Assembly: GCA_009887255.1 (NCBI GenBank)
Contig: QXXW01000030.1
Span: forward strand, 1 to 46,501
Source: Candidatus Poseidoniales archaeon
Lineage (GTDB): Archaea > Thermoplasmatota > Poseidoniia > Poseidoniales > Poseidoniaceae
Length of the DNA stretch: 46,501 nucleotides
Direction: 5' to 3'
The notes below the pieces were generated by a model that did no database searches, was not told the DNA's origin, and was given only the letters and a program-made list of their open reading frames with translations. Made by a program: the position numbers and the translations under genes. Positions 43,302 through 46,501 of the stretch are shown one piece after another; within the stretch, counting starts at the first letter, position 1, and each line of letters starts with the position of its first letter.

Positions 43302-45215
43302 GTGAACATCATGCGTATGTCGTACAAAGAACTGAAGGATGAAATCGCCAAGATGGTCCCAAGAGGGGTTGAATACTCGGTCGATTTGGAAGGTGGCAAC
43401 ATCGCCATCTACACCACGGAAATGAACGCTTTTACCGGAAGTGACGGACTCATTGGGAAGATTGCAAAGCGCATCAAGCGCAAGATCGTTCTGCGAACGC
43501 CACAGGATAAAATGTTGGACATTGACGAGACCAAAGAATTCATCGAGAATCTTCTCCCTGAAGATGTGGACATCACCGAGATGTACTTCGACGGTTGCTA
43601 CGGAGAAGTGACCATCCAGTGCAAACAGCCCAGCACGGCTGTTGGTCGCCGAGGGGAGCACCTCAAATCCATTCGAGACGCAACGGGCTGGAGCGTCAAC
43701 GTTGAGCGTACACCCCCCTTGGCGTCAAGAACGGTTCATGACATACGCACCTACCGCCAACACAACGCCGATGAACGGCGTAAGTTGCTCAAGGATTTCG
43801 GATTGAACATTCACAGACCAACCCGACCCGGATCAACCTGGGCCCGTGTTACAGCTCTTGGTTCGTACCGTGAAGTCGGCCGAGCCTGTCATTTCGTGAC
43901 CACCAACGAGTCGAGAATCATGATTGACGTCGGGGTGAACATCGCCTCCGATACCGATCCCATGCCGTATTTTACAGCCCCCGAAGCACTGCCTCTGGAA
44001 AAAATAGACGCCGTTGTGTTGACACACTCTCATCTTGACCATGCGGGAATGCTTCCAGTCCTGTTCAAGTACGGTTACCGAGGTCCGGTTTACTGCACTC
44101 CACCAACACGGGATTTGATGCTCTTGCTGCAAACCGATTACATCAAGGTAAGCGGAGCTGAAGGAAAGCGTTCGCCCTATGACATGGAAGATATCCGCAT
44201 GTGCATGAAGCACGTGGTGGATGTGGATTGGGGAGAAACCACGGACATCGCTCCGGATGTCAAACTGACCTTCTCCAACGCCGGCCACATTCTTGGTTCA
44301 TCGGCTGTCCACCTCAATATCGCAGACGGAAAACACAACATCGTGTTCAGTGGTGACCAAAAGTACGAGAAGTCATGGCTCTTTGATGCAGCAAACACCC
44401 GATTTCCTCGCGTTGAAACCCTTGTGATTGAATCCACCTACGGTGCTTCTGGCGATTATCAGCCCTCACGGCAGGAAGCCAATCAAGAACTTCAGGACAT
44501 CGTCCAACGTACCCTCTTGCGAGGTGGAAAGATGATTTGCCCCGTGTTTGCTGTTGGGCGCAGTCAAGAAGTGATGATCGCTATTGACGAACTCTTCCGT
44601 TCAGGCGCCGTTAAGCCTGTTCCGGTGTGGCTGGACGGGATGATTCAGGAGGCCACGGCCATCCATGCGTCCCACCCCAAGTACCTCACCAAATCCCTTA
44701 GCCGTTCCTTGCTGAAGGACGACGGAGAAAACCCGTTCACCAGTGAATGGTTCCGACCCGTGAAAGGGCGAGAGTTGCGAGAGAGCATCGTCATGGACAG
44801 TTCACCTTGCATCGTGTTGGCGACCTCGGGAATGCTTAACGGCGGTCCCGTGATGGAATACTTCAAGAATTGGGCTCATGAAGAACGCAATTCCTTGTGT
44901 TTCGTCGGGTACCAAGCAGAAGGAACACTTGGCCGTCGATTGCAAAAAGGATTTGGTGAAGTCCCCATGCTCATCAACGGGAAGACAGAGATTGTCAAAA
45001 TTGGCTGTGAAATGGTCACCATCGACGGGTTCTCTGGTCATTCCGACCGGCGACAACTCCTCGAGTTCGTTGACCAACTCAACCCACCTCCCCGCAACAT
45101 CATTTGTCACCACGGCGACTATCAGAAGTGCAACGAACTTGGCCACACCTTGCGAGAACGTTACAAGTGCCGAACCTATGCCCCAAAGAACCTTGAAACG
45201 GTTCGACTGCTTTAG
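43302..45215 (+). CDS. aCPSF1-type ribonuclease (two N-terminal KH domains + metallo-beta-lactamase/beta-CASP)
   Basis: 637 aa, with HSHLDHAG (motif HxHxDH), KH-like GRRGEHLKSIRDATGW, and a C-terminal GFSGHSDRRQL..HGD motif. Confidence 0.9.
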   Translation: MNIMRMSYKELKDEIAKMVPRGVEYSVDLEGGNIAIYTTEMNAFTGSDGLIGKIAKRIKRKIVLRTPQDKMLDIDETKEFIENLLPEDVDITEMYFDGCYGEVTIQCKQPSTAVGRRGEHLKSIRDATGWSVNVERTPPLASRTVHDIRTYRQHNADERRKLLKDFGLNIHRPTRPGSTWARVTALGSYREVGRACHFVTTNESRIMIDVGVNIASDTDPMPYFTAPEALPLEKIDAVVLTHSHLDHAGMLPVLFKYGYRGPVYCTPPTRDLMLLLQTDYIKVSGAEGKRSPYDMEDIRMCMKHVVDVDWGETTDIAPDVKLTFSNAGHILGSSAVHLNIADGKHNIVFSGDQKYEKSWLFDAANTRFPRVETLVIESTYGASGDYQPSRQEANQELQDIVQRTLLRGGKMICPVFAVGRSQEVMIAIDELFRSGAVKPVPVWLDGMIQEATAIHASHPKYLTKSLSRSLLKDDGENPFTSEWFRPVKGRELRESIVMDSSPCIVLATSGMLNGGPVMEYFKNWAHEERNSLCFVGYQAEGTLGRRLQKGFGEVPMLINGKTEIVKIGCEMVTIDGFSGHSDRRQLLEFVDQLNPPPRNIICHHGDYQKCNELGHTLRERYKCRTYAPKNLETVRLL

Positions 45216-45496
45216 AGGGGCATGTCAAATCCGTGTTCAAGCGGGTCGGGCAGATCCGAGGCCACTGAATCAACCCTAACCGGTTGACCAAGTCCCTGTT
45301 TAACCGCCGTAGGATGGCGCATTGTTGGGGTCGATGATGAGGATGAGCTTATCCACAACAAGAACACAAAACCCAGCGTCAACGACGAGGCGGCCAATGT
45401 GAGCATCCATTCACTTTGTTGTATTGAACGCACAGCAACAGCGATGCCCATGGCGGAAAAAGCCAGTGCGAAGAGTCGCCTCGGCCCCATGGTCAT
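45212..45496 (-). CDS. small 2-TM hypothetical protein
   Basis: The ATG at 45496 within track ORF 45212..45700 gives 94 aa with two hydrophobic segments (LFALAFSAMGIAVAV, LAASSLTLGFVFLLWI). It converges on aCPSF1 with a 4-nt overlap. Confidence 0.35.
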   Translation of the reverse strand: MTMGPRRLFALAFSAMGIAVAVRSIQQSEWMLTLAASSLTLGFVFLLWISSSSSSTPTMRHPTAVKQGLGQPVRVDSVASDLPDPLEHGFDMPL

Positions 45497-45537
45497 GCAT
45501 GTTGGTGCACCACGGTGTTCATGAACCTCGTGCGTGA

Positions 45538-46191
45538 GTGCGCACCATGAACCAAGGTTCTGGACCTGCTTGCCCTGGATGGTTGATGACCTCCGTTGCA
45601 CCTTGGGGTGAGAATGCGGAAGACGCCTTCGATCAAGGCCTCGTGGAGTTGGGACTTGGCGATGTCCGATTGATCCAAGCTCAAGGTGCCATGCTACCAC
45701 TGGGGTTCGGCGTTGCTGCCCCCCGGCCGTTGCCCATGGGTTCCCTTGTTGAGTGCCACTTGGCTACGGCTTATGCTTGGAGCGGTTCTTCGGCCTCTGC
45801 AGGCGTCGCATGGGCATCATGTGTGACTCCTGAAGGGGACGAGTGTGCCATCGTCGCAACAATCGCCACGGATTTGGACTATGAAGAGACCACCATCCTT
45901 CTTCGCCGGAACTTGCAACGAAGGCTGGCCAGTCGGGACTTGGAAGTCATTCAGTTCGACATGGCCGTCGACGAGGTCACCGCAGGTCAGGACCATCACG
46001 GGGTGGCCGTAGCAGCCTTGATCTTGCCCGAATCGTTGGCGATGGGTGCTCGAACACGTACCGGGCCAATTCGTGGCGGATTGACTCGAACCGCTACTGA
46101 ACCTCCTAAGCGGGTGGACACAAAAGCTCCAGCAGCACCAGCACGTCGGCCTGGGCAACCCTCCAATCAAAGCACCGACTTCACCCTCTGA
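45538..46191 (+). CDS. pyruvoyl-dependent arginine decarboxylase (PvlArgDC)-fold protein lacking the Ser-Ser processing site; basic Pro/Thr-rich C-terminal tail
   Basis: It aligns by eye with M. jannaschii PdaD as I recall it. [26 protein letters not shown] aligns with [40 protein letters not shown] with LPMGALVPTAY, and GVAVAALIL with GCAFAAAAL. Confidence 0.65.
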   Translation: [217 protein letters not shown]

Positions 46192-46201
46192 TGGTGCTGG
46201 C

Positions 46202-46501
46202 ATGAAGGAACAGCGCTGGCTCGTCGTTCGATGCCCATCGTGTTTACGATGCACAGGTCAACGTTCCATTCCTCGTTCGTGTACGTTGTGCGGTCAACCT
46301 CTACCAAGAGAGACCGAAGTGGTCTCGGAGGTGGAATCTGCAGCCCTTCTTCAACGAGCGGTGGCGTTGGCGAACACGCCCAAGGAACTGCTCGATGAAC
46401 TGGCGTTTCGCATTGGTGTGGGGCATGCGGATGCCAATCGAGACACCTCTGCCTCGGCCACGATGAAGGCCCTCCGAAAGGCCGCCCGAGGGGAGACGAT
46501 T
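46202..46501 (+). CDS. zinc-ribbon protein (DUF1922-like), 3' end outside window
   Basis: Hand translation from the ATG at 46202 gives MKEQRWLVVRCPSCLRCTGQRSIPRSCTLCGQPL.. with no stop before the window end. It is absent from the ORF track because it is open-ended. Confidence 0.4.
   Translation, partial: MKEQRWLVVRCPSCLRCTGQRSIPRSCTLCGQPLPRETEVVSEVESAALLQRAVALANTPKELLDELAFRIGVGHADANRDTSASATMKALRKAARGETI

Noticed and set aside
45497-45700. N-terminal 68 aa of ORF 45212..45700 (-).
   Set aside because: This part is basic and low-complexity and overlaps the start of the PvlArgDC-like gene on the other strand. Only the hydrophobic C-terminal 94 aa, from the ATG at 45496, are plausible, and even that is a low-confidence call.
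1-46501. Search for mobile elements, prophage, toxin-antitoxin or known defence systems.
   Set aside because: I saw no transposase, integrase, recombinase, nuclease-helicase, Cas, restriction-modification or abortive-infection signatures in any frame. I also saw no terminal inverted repeats beyond the small repeats reported. The window reads as core chromosome.

Overview
This is a densely coding 46.5 kb chromosomal segment with about 50 protein genes on both strands. I found no rRNA, tRNA, CRISPR array, transposase, integrase or recognisable defence gene. The gene content is archaeal: ribosomal protein eS1/S3Ae, aCPSF1 (KH + beta-CASP RNase), proteasome beta subunit, PurP, a ZPR1-type zinc finger, a SepF-like protein, a pyruvoyl-ArgDC-fold protein, COG1340-type coiled-coil proteins and a COG1931-type RNA-binding protein. 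It is mixed with bacterial-looking metabolism: ThyA/DHFR, a PlsC-type acyltransferase, PF08886-type GshA and a TlpA-like redoxin. There are several very large acidic surface proteins with thrombospondin-type-3 Ca-binding repeats and C-terminal membrane anchors. By inference only, this fits a planktonic heterotrophic euryarchaeon of the Marine Group II / Poseidoniales type, which I cannot verify here. Recognisable modules are a methylmalonyl-CoA/propionyl-CoA cluster (B12-binding MCM subunit, MeaB, carboxyltransferase, epsilon-like peptide, BCCP), a dTMP module (MazG-like, DHFR, ThyA), PdxS plus ferredoxin, and a housekeeping block (TrpRS, ZPR1, SepF-like, proteasome beta, aCPSF1). The best candidates for something undescribed are: (i) a minus-strand operon at 18.3-21.3 kb encoding two of three paralogous COG1340-like coiled-coil proteins plus a Roadblock/LC7 protein and a GNAT. 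It is divergent from an ~830-aa surface protein whose cytoplasmic tail carries twin zinc ribbons, and the third coiled-coil paralogue sits at 26.2 kb next to an unknown 5-TM protein. (ii) A tightly coupled AsnB-like/GshA/membrane/ferredoxin operon that could make a modified low-molecular-weight thiol. (iii) Unusual architectures: a membrane-anchored HdrD-like protein with an outward-facing domain, an eS1-SAP fusion, a PvlArgDC homologue lacking the Ser-Ser self-processing site, and a TrpRS with a ~95-aa insertion. (iv) Non-coding structure: a ~64-nt tandem repeat downstream of pdxS and an 18-nt direct repeat plus hairpin in the thyA leader. All product calls come from motif recognition by eye; no searches were run.
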